64,000 nt of DNA from a virus (taxonomy: Duplodnaviria; Caudoviricetes). Location of the stretch: positions 3,142 to 67,141 of the IMG/VR virus record IMGVR_UViG_3300033073_000981; one strand, 5' to 3'. Of the stretch, positions 36,468-45,646 are shown one piece after another. The position numbers were made by a program, and so were the translations under genes. The notes under the pieces are model-generated. The model was not told where the DNA came from, did not search any database, and saw nothing but the letters and a program-made list of their open reading frames with translations. Position 1 is the first letter of the stretch. The number at the start of each line of letters is the position of its first letter.

Positions 36468-38935
36468 ATTATATTGCCTCCAATATCGGTAGTTGAGATA
36501 GAATTCATTGTGCTATTTCCAATAACCCAAGATATTCCAGTTGGATCAACTGTACCGCTGGCATGTATTATCGGATAACCTACAATCATTACATTTCCAC
36601 TAGCATTCACAGTTCCAGATGCTTCTAGTTTAACATCAAAACTCAAGTCGGCTGGCATATACGCATATGCACGAAGAACTGCTCGCCCATTAATTATATT
36701 GCTATCGCATCTTGTTACAGTATCATTGTTGCATGAACCAGCTCTAAGAAAATTATTTATATATCCATTATTGTGTTCTACATCAAGAGCGAAACAGCCA
36801 TCATTTGCTTTGTATACGCCATTATTATCAACGCATATCTTACAGCAATTAGCTTGAAGATTTATAAATCCGCCAGCGTTCCCCAAGCTACTTATTTTAT
36901 ATTTTTCATATGTAGTAACAGGATCACTATCATTATATCTTATATGCTTTCCATTTGCTATATAATAATCATCACCAGTTGTAATATTATTAAGAGTTTC
37001 CTTTTCATCCGTTCCATCACCCTGTATGACGGAATACGCAAGATAATTTTGCGGACAATTGTAAACTTCATTATTTGAATACGTAGCAACTTGGGTAAGA
37101 TCGCCATTTATAATTTTATATACATAAATGTCTGAACTATATTGACATGGGAACCTACCAACAACTGATAAATATCCCTTATAATCACTTGCAACTGTTA
37201 TAGTTTGTGATGCACCATCTAAAGAAAGTGTAACTCCTTGCGGGTGTGTATATGGATCAAAAGAAACTTGATTCGCAGTTTTTAAATATGATATTATAGC
37301 TCCTTTTTTTTGATCGAATGTAATAGATAGTGGAGCTAAAGAATTGCTTGGATATTCAGTTTTATCTAAGTCTACCGGCAAAACTTCATTAAATCGACAT
37401 GAATTAAATGGAGTTATAATTTTTTTATTTATTACACCGGGGCTTGGGTTTTTACAATCTTTTGTGCGATAGCATAAATATCCAGTTTTAACAATTAATT
37501 TACATTGAGCGTCATAAAGTAAAGGGAACATTTCAACGGCAAGCTCTACCTTTTCATCATTTGGATCACATCCGCATTGCTCAAGTTTTATCTCATCCAT
37601 AGTATTCATATCTAAATCTAGCTTAGACAATAAATATCCATCAACAAAAGTACTATCACCATCTGGCATGATAATTGAGTATGCTTCCGTTGAAGTTGGA
37701 TCACCATTTAATATAGGTAAATACTTTGTTTCGGATTGGCCATTTATAGCATAAAGAGAAACTTGAAGTTTAGGTATTTCATTATAAGATACAGAGGTTT
37801 TATTTCCCATGTAATCTTGTGAAAAATAACTTATAGTCCAATTTTGATTGTCGTCTTGTTTTTTTTCTACAGTCCATCTACGACATGACCAAGGCCAGCA
37901 TTCTGGCAACCTTTTATAAAAACTAGAAGAACTTGTAAAAAGATACGTTGCAGGATTTACTTCTGAATATATCTTATATGTATTATCAGGATTCGACTGT
38001 CCTATAAATTCTCTAGGAGCAGAAAGTGAAACTGGTCCAATTAAATATGCTAAATGGGTCGATTTACATTCAACATTATTAATTGAATTTGTAATTTCAT
38101 GTAACGGTATTTTATGAAGTTGAGTGCCGACTGGTCTAGCCTTTACGACTGGTGAAGGTGGAGTATCAATGATAACACCTTTGATATTTTGTGCATTTCC
38201 ACTATCGACTAATATCGGTTTAAAATCATAACTAACTGGTATAGTTATTTGGTATGGAGTTAAATCTTTATCTAAACTTTCAAATTCACAAATTTTAAAA
38301 GTTTTTGAATATGTGGCTTCATAAAAAAATCCAAAATTTTCATTATATGTAGGATTAGTTATTGTTATAATTCCAGTTTGATCCACCATTGCTGGTATGC
38401 CACTTACAATTGGAAATGGATCTAATTTATTGAATTCTGTTTCGGATTTTATTGTGGCATTTGCGTCTTTAACGACACCAAATTTAATCTCTGGTATTCC
38501 AGAATAATCTATAGGTTTATATGATGGACCGCCATTTTCATCATTGATACCAATTTGAATTTCTTTAAAAGGAACATAATCATATCTTTCATCTTTATAT
38601 GTAATAAATTGTTGATAAAATGTATACGGAGTATCATCTAGATATAATTTTACCTGTATAATTCCAGTAACATTTTCTTGTGGATATTGACCTGTTCTTA
38701 TTTTCAAGTAAGATACAGGCCCAGTATCAAATCTATAAAAATAATCATATTTGGTAGTCATATCTGGATTATGTTCACCAAATGAATATCTAGGATTGTC
38801 GTTAGTTGGCAAACTAGACATTAAGTGGTAGTCATATCCAATCCAGTTGGGAGGAGGCGGCGCGTCTTTATTGATTCGACGTATATATACCAACACCTCA
38901 TTTCCCTGTAAATTATGCGGTCCTAAATCTGCCAT
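36464..38935 (-). CDS. large tail-associated protein, Cys-rich C-terminal half
   Basis: 823 aa; shares a domain with 38939..40384. Confidence 0.65.
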   Translation of the reverse strand: MADLGPHNLQGNEVLVYIRRINKDAPPPPNWIGYDYHLMSSLPTNDNPRYSFGEHNPDMTTKYDYFYRFDTGPVSYLKIRTGQYPQENVTGIIQVKLYLDDTPYTFYQQFITYKDERYDYVPFKEIQIGINDENGGPSYKPIDYSGIPEIKFGVVKDANATIKSETEFNKLDPFPIVSGIPAMVDQTGIITITNPTYNENFGFFYEATYSKTFKICEFESLDKDLTPYQITIPVSYDFKPILVDSGNAQNIKGVIIDTPPSPVVKARPVGTQLHKIPLHEITNSINNVECKSTHLAYLIGPVSLSAPREFIGQSNPDNTYKIYSEVNPATYLFTSSSSFYKRLPECWPWSCRRWTVEKKQDDNQNWTISYFSQDYMGNKTSVSYNEIPKLQVSLYAINGQSETKYLPILNGDPTSTEAYSIIMPDGDSTFVDGYLLSKLDLDMNTMDEIKLEQCGCDPNDEKVELAVEMFPLLYDAQCKLIVKTGYLCYRTKDCKNPSPGVINKKIITPFNSCRFNEVLPVDLDKTEYPSNSLAPLSITFDQKKGAIISYLKTANQVSFDPYTHPQGVTLSLDGASQTITVASDYKGYLSVVGRFPCQYSSDIYVYKIINGDLTQVATYSNNEVYNCPQNYLAYSVIQGDGTDEKETLNNITTGDDYYIANGKHIRYNDSDPVTTYEKYKISSLGNAGGFINLQANCCKICVDNNGVYKANDGCFALDVEHNNGYINNFLRAGSCNNDTVTRCDSNIINGRAVLRAYAYMPADLSFDVKLEASGTVNASGNVMIVGYPIIHASGTVDPTGISWVIGNSTMNSISTTDIGGNII

Positions 38936-38938
38936 TTT

Positions 38939-40384
38939 TTATTCCCTGCTTAGTCCAGTTCCTGCGTTTGCGCAATCATCAACTTCTGTGATTACATATG
39001 AAGACTTACTTTCATTATTACATACAATGCTTAAACTAGATTGACATGCAATTACCCTAACATCATGTTTAATATATTTAAATGGATGTGTGGCATAAAA
39101 TTCTGCACCAGTCGCATCATCTGTGACTATCCCAAAATTGTCATTGCTATTTGGGCAATCAAATAACCTGTCTAACGTTTTGGTATTTACTAAAGTATAT
39201 GGTGCAACGCCATTAACATATTGGTCTGGCCCCGGAAAAGAATAGGTATAAACATTGCTACTTTTTTCACAATTATTAAAAGCTACAACTGAAAAATATC
39301 CACTATAAGGTATTCGTATATTATTTTGTGTTAGAGTAATATCTACTATCCCATTTGAGCTTGCAACCTTTCCACCTGCGGAATCAGATGGAATAAGATC
39401 CTTTAAAAGAGTTTTATCGGTTTGAAAATAATAAACTTTCCTAGTACCAATATCTGTAAATACCATCTCATACGTTGTTCCGTATTGACTATCCTGTCTT
39501 TTCCTAATTGTAAATGGAGGCACTGAAGTTTTTTGAACGTTTGGGCTTGAGCAATTTAATTTTTTAAATTTACCAACTATGCATCCACCACCACCACCAG
39601 CGCCAAGAATTCTCCACTCATAGTTTATTTTTACAGCAGAAAAATAATCTCCAGCAGACAATGAAACCTTGCTATTTCTATTTACAATTTGAACAATTTC
39701 TTTAACTCCATTTTTTGTTGGGCCATCAGGAACCATTTCTCCATATGGATTTGGTTTAATTATGCCTTCGGCATTAGCAACAAGAGTAAAGGTTGAATGC
39801 TGTAGATTTTTACCTCTATATATGATTCCAGATCCTATAGATGGAACTTCGAAATTTCCGGGTGTTAAAGCAGTTAGCATCTTACCTTCGATAACTTCTG
39901 GGCCACCTGTCCAGACTTTTCTATCGTCGTCCCACCTTAAATCTACCGGGCCAGCTTTCCATTTTGAACGGTCTAAAGGCGTTGACGGGTCAAATATTCT
40001 ACCGTCTCCACTAGAAGGAACTGGGAGGCCACAAATATCGTATCCCCAACCAGAAAGATAAAATGGACCTTTCCATACCATTGGCTGAACACTATGACTA
40101 CCACTTGAAACTGGACATTTACTGTGATTTAAGTCGGTTGTTTTTCCAGCTCTAGCTGTTATAGCGTAATCATTTTCTTGAAAGAAAAAATATGGGTCTA
40201 AATCAAATGATGTAGGAGAAACATTAAATTTAAAAAATACACCAGAGCATAAACCGGCCTTGTCGTTTGGCCCCCGTGTTGATGAATACATAATTGTAGG
40301 ATCAAGCGATACGTTTTGAGGTACACTAGTGATCTGTTTAGATTTCCATAATGTCTCTCTATATCCTGATTGAAAATTAACCAT
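38939..40384 (-). CDS. tail tip-associated protein
   Basis: 481 aa, directly after the putative hub gene; C-terminal domain paralogous to 36464..38935. Confidence 0.6.
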   Translation of the reverse strand: MVNFQSGYRETLWKSKQITSVPQNVSLDPTIMYSSTRGPNDKAGLCSGVFFKFNVSPTSFDLDPYFFFQENDYAITARAGKTTDLNHSKCPVSSGSHSVQPMVWKGPFYLSGWGYDICGLPVPSSGDGRIFDPSTPLDRSKWKAGPVDLRWDDDRKVWTGGPEVIEGKMLTALTPGNFEVPSIGSGIIYRGKNLQHSTFTLVANAEGIIKPNPYGEMVPDGPTKNGVKEIVQIVNRNSKVSLSAGDYFSAVKINYEWRILGAGGGGGCIVGKFKKLNCSSPNVQKTSVPPFTIRKRQDSQYGTTYEMVFTDIGTRKVYYFQTDKTLLKDLIPSDSAGGKVASSNGIVDITLTQNNIRIPYSGYFSVVAFNNCEKSSNVYTYSFPGPDQYVNGVAPYTLVNTKTLDRLFDCPNSNDNFGIVTDDATGAEFYATHPFKYIKHDVRVIACQSSLSIVCNNESKSSYVITEVDDCANAGTGLSRE

Positions 40385-43300
40385 TAAACTGTCCCCTTTC
40401 GTCCTTTGCGCTATCTTTTCCTCTTACTTCAAATAGTCCTTGATTAAAAAGAATCTTATGCTCTATCGGATATCTCTGATTCCATACATATGCAGGAGTA
40501 TAGATTTGTTCATATGACGATCCAAAACTTTCCTCTGGGCTAAATCCTATTGACTTCATTGCCGCTTGTGTTGGAGAAGAGTGTGCATTTATCGATCCAT
40601 AAATTGCTTTACCAGAAGCCGGAGCTTCACCAGAAACAGTTGCAACTGGCTGTTGTGGAGATACTTGGTTTATCGCCCTCCAAAGAGCCTTATTCCAGCT
40701 TGCAAATACTCCGTTTGCAGAACTTTTATTAATTGTGTTAATTGCTTGTTTTTGAAATGATTTCAGTAATGCCTTATTAACGGGAGGTAATGCCGTTTTT
40801 CTAATCATATTTCTTAATTCTTGAGCAAATCTGAATTTTTCTTTTTGTCCAGCTATTAGTCTTCTATAATTGTACATAGCGAGTTCGCCACGTTTTTTAG
40901 TCCAAGTAGTAAAATTATAAGTTGTCTTGATTTCTTCAGAAGATATATTTATAGCAATAGTTGTAATATATGGTCCTACTCCGAAGATTTTATCTGCAAT
41001 GTTCCACTTAGGTGATTCAGATAGCTCAACATATCCAGTTTCTGATGCATGTATAACGCTAAGCTCGGCCTGAGATATTTGAGCTGCTATAATATTCATA
41101 TCTTTTATAGAACCGAAAGTCTCTGGTTTTAAATCTGTATTGACATCAATAGATATTTTACCTTTTCGACCTTGATCGGCATTAAGTGTTTTTAAGCTAT
41201 CCCAGCCACTAAATGCCCACCACGGACCCCAGACATATCGTGTACTTTGTTGAGGAACCGAAACAAGTGCAGGTGGTAACATTGCAGGAGCAATTCCAAA
41301 ATCGGCTATATTTTCAGAACCAAACATATTCTGATAACCAATTTTAGTTGATTTTCCAATCAGAGTATCATCTTTAAATATTAATTTAGCTAACACGCCA
41401 AATGCATTGACTTCAGTAGTATACTGATCATAAACTTCAACCGCAGGAACTGTAACCTTAGCAAAGCCGTAAACAGTATTTAGAACATCATTTCCTGCAC
41501 TATCTACCATTAATTCGCCCTTTGGATATTTAACGGGAGCAATAGTGCCATCAGGCGTTTGATAATACATCGTTGTAACATCAATATATCTTGTTCCCCA
41601 TGATGTATCTATATTGGCATTTCCTAATACTGCCTGTTTAACTTGCATATTTTGATCTAGATAATCGATGATAGTATAGTCATGACCAAGATTGCTATAA
41701 TCTGCTACGACACCACCCCAAATTGGATCATATTCATATACAGGATAGCAAACAGTAGCTTTTAATCTTCCCGGACCATCTTCATAGAATGATGGATCGT
41801 TAATATATTGTGTAATATTATCACCAGCCCATGCAGAACTGCTCAACTCCCATGCATATTCCGGTTTTTGATCAAATTTTACCCATCTAAAGTTATTATC
41901 TGGCCCACCCGGCTCAGATGGTATAGCTATTAAATATTCTTTGCCATAAAAATTATCAGCAACAGATTTAATGCCATTAAATCTTGTATTGAGTGTTCTC
42001 TGAAGAATATCTTTTTGAGCATCTTTACTACCAAACATATAAGATGCGTATATCTCAGCGCTATCAAGACTGGTATCCATTAAATCATGTGTTGTCTTAT
42101 CACCCTTAAACACATCTCTAACATCTTTTAAAGACATATTAGAAAATCCGGACAATGTTTTTAGTGGAGTCCAATAATTTAATTTTTGCTGCAATTCTGC
42201 TGGTGCAGCCATCATCATTTTGTGATATATATCCCACGTTGGACGACCTGACATCGCACATCTTATTTCGAGTAGATTAGTATCAAACCATAAGAAATCA
42301 CCTTCTCTAACAAAAGAATTTCTTGAACCTTGTCCTGTCATATCCAACGCATCTACAACTACTCTAACTGGAGTGAAGAAATCACTATACTGTTCCATGC
42401 TAGTACCATAATAATATACTGCATTTTGACCAGTTCCTTTTTTGCCCCAAATAGGAAGCATATGTGCTTGATTTGCAAACCAGTGGCGAGATGCTTTATC
42501 ACCAATTAAAACTTTTTGAGTTACTAAATCTGAACTTAACTCTTTTCCAATTCTAAACGATTTAACATTTTTAAATCTATCATCTACATTAGTAAAACCA
42601 GTAATAATCTTTTTGATTTGATCGGGATCTGCTGGGGCTTTTCTTGAAAGCATTTTTATTCTTAAAACTGCATTTTTCATAACACCAAGAGAATCTGCTA
42701 CGTACCCCTTGTCCACATCCTCATCAATGTATAAATAATAATCATACATAGAAACTTCTGATATATTTTTTAAGAAACTATTTAAATCTAGAAAATCACT
42801 CTTGATCCTATAATCTTTTAATTCTATTAAAGCGGTCCCAAGATCAGTAATATCAAAATCATATTGAGTTCCAGCAAAAATCAAAGGCCCACCAAATATT
42901 TCTTTACCACCAAATTTCTTACGTTTGCAACATTCCATAAAATCTTTTACAAAAGTTCCGACAGGATATCCTAATGAGTTTAAGTCGGCTCCACCAAATT
43001 TACCACCCGCACCTATATTTTCCTTATAACCATAAAGATTAATTATATTCGAGGGAGTGTACCAGTTTTTATTTTCAAATTTACCTTTAGCAGTATTGTA
43101 AAGGTTATAATTTACAGTACTATTATATTTGAGAGTAGGCTTAGCGCTTGGCTGTAGAACGTTTGTATCATCAACATACATAGTCCCAATAAATGAACCA
43201 AGAACAAGATGGACACCATCTAAAAATGATGCTGGTGAATTAAGTTCGACTTCCCATTTTCTTCCACTAGATACATCTTCCACATAAGTATATCTCTGAA

Positions 43301-43538
43301 GAACTCCTGCAAATTTAAATTCATACCCCGTATCGTCATCTTTAATTTTGACCATACAACAAGTGCCAATCTCAGGAGGTTGAAATTGGACATCATCAAT
43401 CTTTTTTCCGGGACGCTTAGGGTCGTCATTTTCTTCTACAAGAGTAAGATTACAAGACGTATTATCCCCATTCCATCCCGCATTTAGCGATATGTCTAAA
43501 ACATACGCACCTAAAAATTTTATTGGTTTTTTAATCAT
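40377..43538 (-). CDS. large tail tip/baseplate hub-like protein
   Basis: 1053 aa, beta-rich N-terminus; position downstream of the tape measure gene. Confidence 0.55.
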   Translation of the reverse strand: MIKKPIKFLGAYVLDISLNAGWNGDNTSCNLTLVEENDDPKRPGKKIDDVQFQPPEIGTCCMVKIKDDDTGYEFKFAGVLQRYTYVEDVSSGRKWEVELNSPASFLDGVHLVLGSFIGTMYVDDTNVLQPSAKPTLKYNSTVNYNLYNTAKGKFENKNWYTPSNIINLYGYKENIGAGGKFGGADLNSLGYPVGTFVKDFMECCKRKKFGGKEIFGGPLIFAGTQYDFDITDLGTALIELKDYRIKSDFLDLNSFLKNISEVSMYDYYLYIDEDVDKGYVADSLGVMKNAVLRIKMLSRKAPADPDQIKKIITGFTNVDDRFKNVKSFRIGKELSSDLVTQKVLIGDKASRHWFANQAHMLPIWGKKGTGQNAVYYYGTSMEQYSDFFTPVRVVVDALDMTGQGSRNSFVREGDFLWFDTNLLEIRCAMSGRPTWDIYHKMMMAAPAELQQKLNYWTPLKTLSGFSNMSLKDVRDVFKGDKTTHDLMDTSLDSAEIYASYMFGSKDAQKDILQRTLNTRFNGIKSVADNFYGKEYLIAIPSEPGGPDNNFRWVKFDQKPEYAWELSSSAWAGDNITQYINDPSFYEDGPGRLKATVCYPVYEYDPIWGGVVADYSNLGHDYTIIDYLDQNMQVKQAVLGNANIDTSWGTRYIDVTTMYYQTPDGTIAPVKYPKGELMVDSAGNDVLNTVYGFAKVTVPAVEVYDQYTTEVNAFGVLAKLIFKDDTLIGKSTKIGYQNMFGSENIADFGIAPAMLPPALVSVPQQSTRYVWGPWWAFSGWDSLKTLNADQGRKGKISIDVNTDLKPETFGSIKDMNIIAAQISQAELSVIHASETGYVELSESPKWNIADKIFGVGPYITTIAINISSEEIKTTYNFTTWTKKRGELAMYNYRRLIAGQKEKFRFAQELRNMIRKTALPPVNKALLKSFQKQAINTINKSSANGVFASWNKALWRAINQVSPQQPVATVSGEAPASGKAIYGSINAHSSPTQAAMKSIGFSPEESFGSSYEQIYTPAYVWNQRYPIEHKILFNQGLFEVRGKDSAKDERGQFNG

Positions 43539-45646
43539 GGCTTAGTAAATATCCACCCTGCTGTAATTGAAAGTTTTCCTGCTGTCCAGTCCCAAGTATA
43601 ATTTAAATCCGTAAGATACGAATTTACATAAATACCTTGATTATAAACGCCCGTTGGTATAAAATTCATTGCCGCTGATAGACCGCTTGCAACAATAGGA
43701 GCTTTTGGATGTCTATGTTCTGCGGCATAAATAGCTTCAATTTGAATTGTTCTTTTTGATTCTTTTGTTGTACTCATATCCTGAATAATAGGTCCACGTT
43801 CTCTACCAAGCACCATAACCGGCACAACGTGCTGAGTTCTTACAGGCTTAACATCAGATGGGTTTGTATAATCAGCAATCCAATTTTCTTGCTGTTCTTG
43901 TATGGTTACACTTAATGCGCCAAAAGAAGACCTTAGACTTCTTACAGTTTCTGGTATTCCTTTATAAGTTGCACTAAATTGAATTGAACCAGCTATTTTA
44001 TTTTCTGTAACAGACGTGGACATTGGCTTCCAGTCAAGAACATTATCAACCTGATAGTAGCTTGCATATTGATTATTTCTAAAAATATCATCGGCAAAAG
44101 CGTATACCATTGTTCCATAAGCCCAAGGTTTGATAATAGTATTAGTCAAATAAGATGGCTTATCTGATTCTACGCTTTGATCTTTCATTACACCAGTAAA
44201 TGGTGGATTTATAATTACATTACCACTACCAGCCGCATAAATTGAGCTAGGATAAACTGGTTTTATTTGAGTATAATTTTCAGGATAATTAATTTTATCA
44301 GTTGTTCCTGACTGAATTGTTGGACTATTTGTTGATGGGTGTATGACACCGCTTGATATTAATTTCCTAAATAATATTTGAGCGTTCTTAAATTTATTTT
44401 GAGTATCAGAATTAACCCCTAAAGAATCCAACCCTTGAATAGTTCCTTCTACTCTTACAGTATCATCTCCATCTTCGCCCTTTTCAAAAACTCCATTAAT
44501 CTCAATATTTGCTGGATTTCTAGAGTAGAAATAATTAGTAGTAATAGAATAAGATCCGCCAATAATATCAATATTAGAAGATCTAATAACGTTATACTCG
44601 CCATATTTTCCTGAATTAGATGCCCCGGCAGCATGTTGTTGACCACTAACTGCACTCCATAGCAAATTGGAAATCATTCCACCTGAAGTAACTACCTCGC
44701 TAAAAGAATTAGTTCCCGATGCAACTCCAGATACTCCAAAAGCGGGTGAGCCTGCTCCACTGCCAACATTTGTTACATTCCATCCAACTGGATAAAAGGT
44801 ATTTTGCCCTACCAATGGGCGACCAAATACATCTGTACTGACAATTGAATTTATAAGACTATCGCGCTTTTTATCATTAACATATTTATATGCTTCATAA
44901 AACGCTTCATATTTTTGATTATTTGAAAAATTTGAAGGACTTGCGGCAGGAGAAGCTGTTGTTACTTTAACTGAATTAGAATAATCTTTGTTATCGATTG
45001 CATTATAGAACATCGGCTGACCTTGAGCCGACAAGGTATGCGTTATGGTATATGAATAATATGGATCATCAGCAAGCTGTCTAATGATTCCCATAGAATC
45101 CGTATTCATAACGAAGAAAGACATTTTATCTTCTTCTTTTTTAATTTCAAATTGTTCGCTAGCACTTTTTAAACGGTATTTACTAGCAATATTATCTGTT
45201 GGCGGAGTTAAAGATTCAAATGTAAATGTTACTTCTTGATAATGTATTCCAGCCGTATCTTCAGGCGGCTCAGAAACAGAGACATTCATTAACTGAGCAA
45301 AGTTATATTTAATTAATGGTTGGCCGGTAGTTTGAAATGTATCGCCTACAAGAGTCATCTTATATATTTCAAGTGGTCCAGCCTGTAAGCTAACCATTCT
45401 ATCAACAAGTTGCGATCCTTTAAAATCCGCATATTCTACAGATTTTTGAATTAGATTTTCATATCTGCTTTCAGGGGTATTCCCATCGGCTGTGAATGCG
45501 CCTCTAATAGTAATAGAGTGTTTTTCACTAGTAATAGTGCCATCATCTAGTCTACTAAATTCTTTTTGAATAGCAGAAGCGAATCCGTACTCTAATACGA
45601 GTTCCTGTCCAGCAAATAAAACACTAACTTTTTCACTGCTTGTCAT
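43535..45646 (-). CDS. distal-tail/hub-like protein with apparent internal repeats
   Basis: 703 aa; recurring strand-helix-strand units; synteny. Confidence 0.5.
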   Translation of the reverse strand: MTSSEKVSVLFAGQELVLEYGFASAIQKEFSRLDDGTITSEKHSITIRGAFTADGNTPESRYENLIQKSVEYADFKGSQLVDRMVSLQAGPLEIYKMTLVGDTFQTTGQPLIKYNFAQLMNVSVSEPPEDTAGIHYQEVTFTFESLTPPTDNIASKYRLKSASEQFEIKKEEDKMSFFVMNTDSMGIIRQLADDPYYSYTITHTLSAQGQPMFYNAIDNKDYSNSVKVTTASPAASPSNFSNNQKYEAFYEAYKYVNDKKRDSLINSIVSTDVFGRPLVGQNTFYPVGWNVTNVGSGAGSPAFGVSGVASGTNSFSEVVTSGGMISNLLWSAVSGQQHAAGASNSGKYGEYNVIRSSNIDIIGGSYSITTNYFYSRNPANIEINGVFEKGEDGDDTVRVEGTIQGLDSLGVNSDTQNKFKNAQILFRKLISSGVIHPSTNSPTIQSGTTDKINYPENYTQIKPVYPSSIYAAGSGNVIINPPFTGVMKDQSVESDKPSYLTNTIIKPWAYGTMVYAFADDIFRNNQYASYYQVDNVLDWKPMSTSVTENKIAGSIQFSATYKGIPETVRSLRSSFGALSVTIQEQQENWIADYTNPSDVKPVRTQHVVPVMVLGRERGPIIQDMSTTKESKRTIQIEAIYAAEHRHPKAPIVASGLSAAMNFIPTGVYNQGIYVNSYLTDLNYTWDWTAGKLSITAGWIFTKP

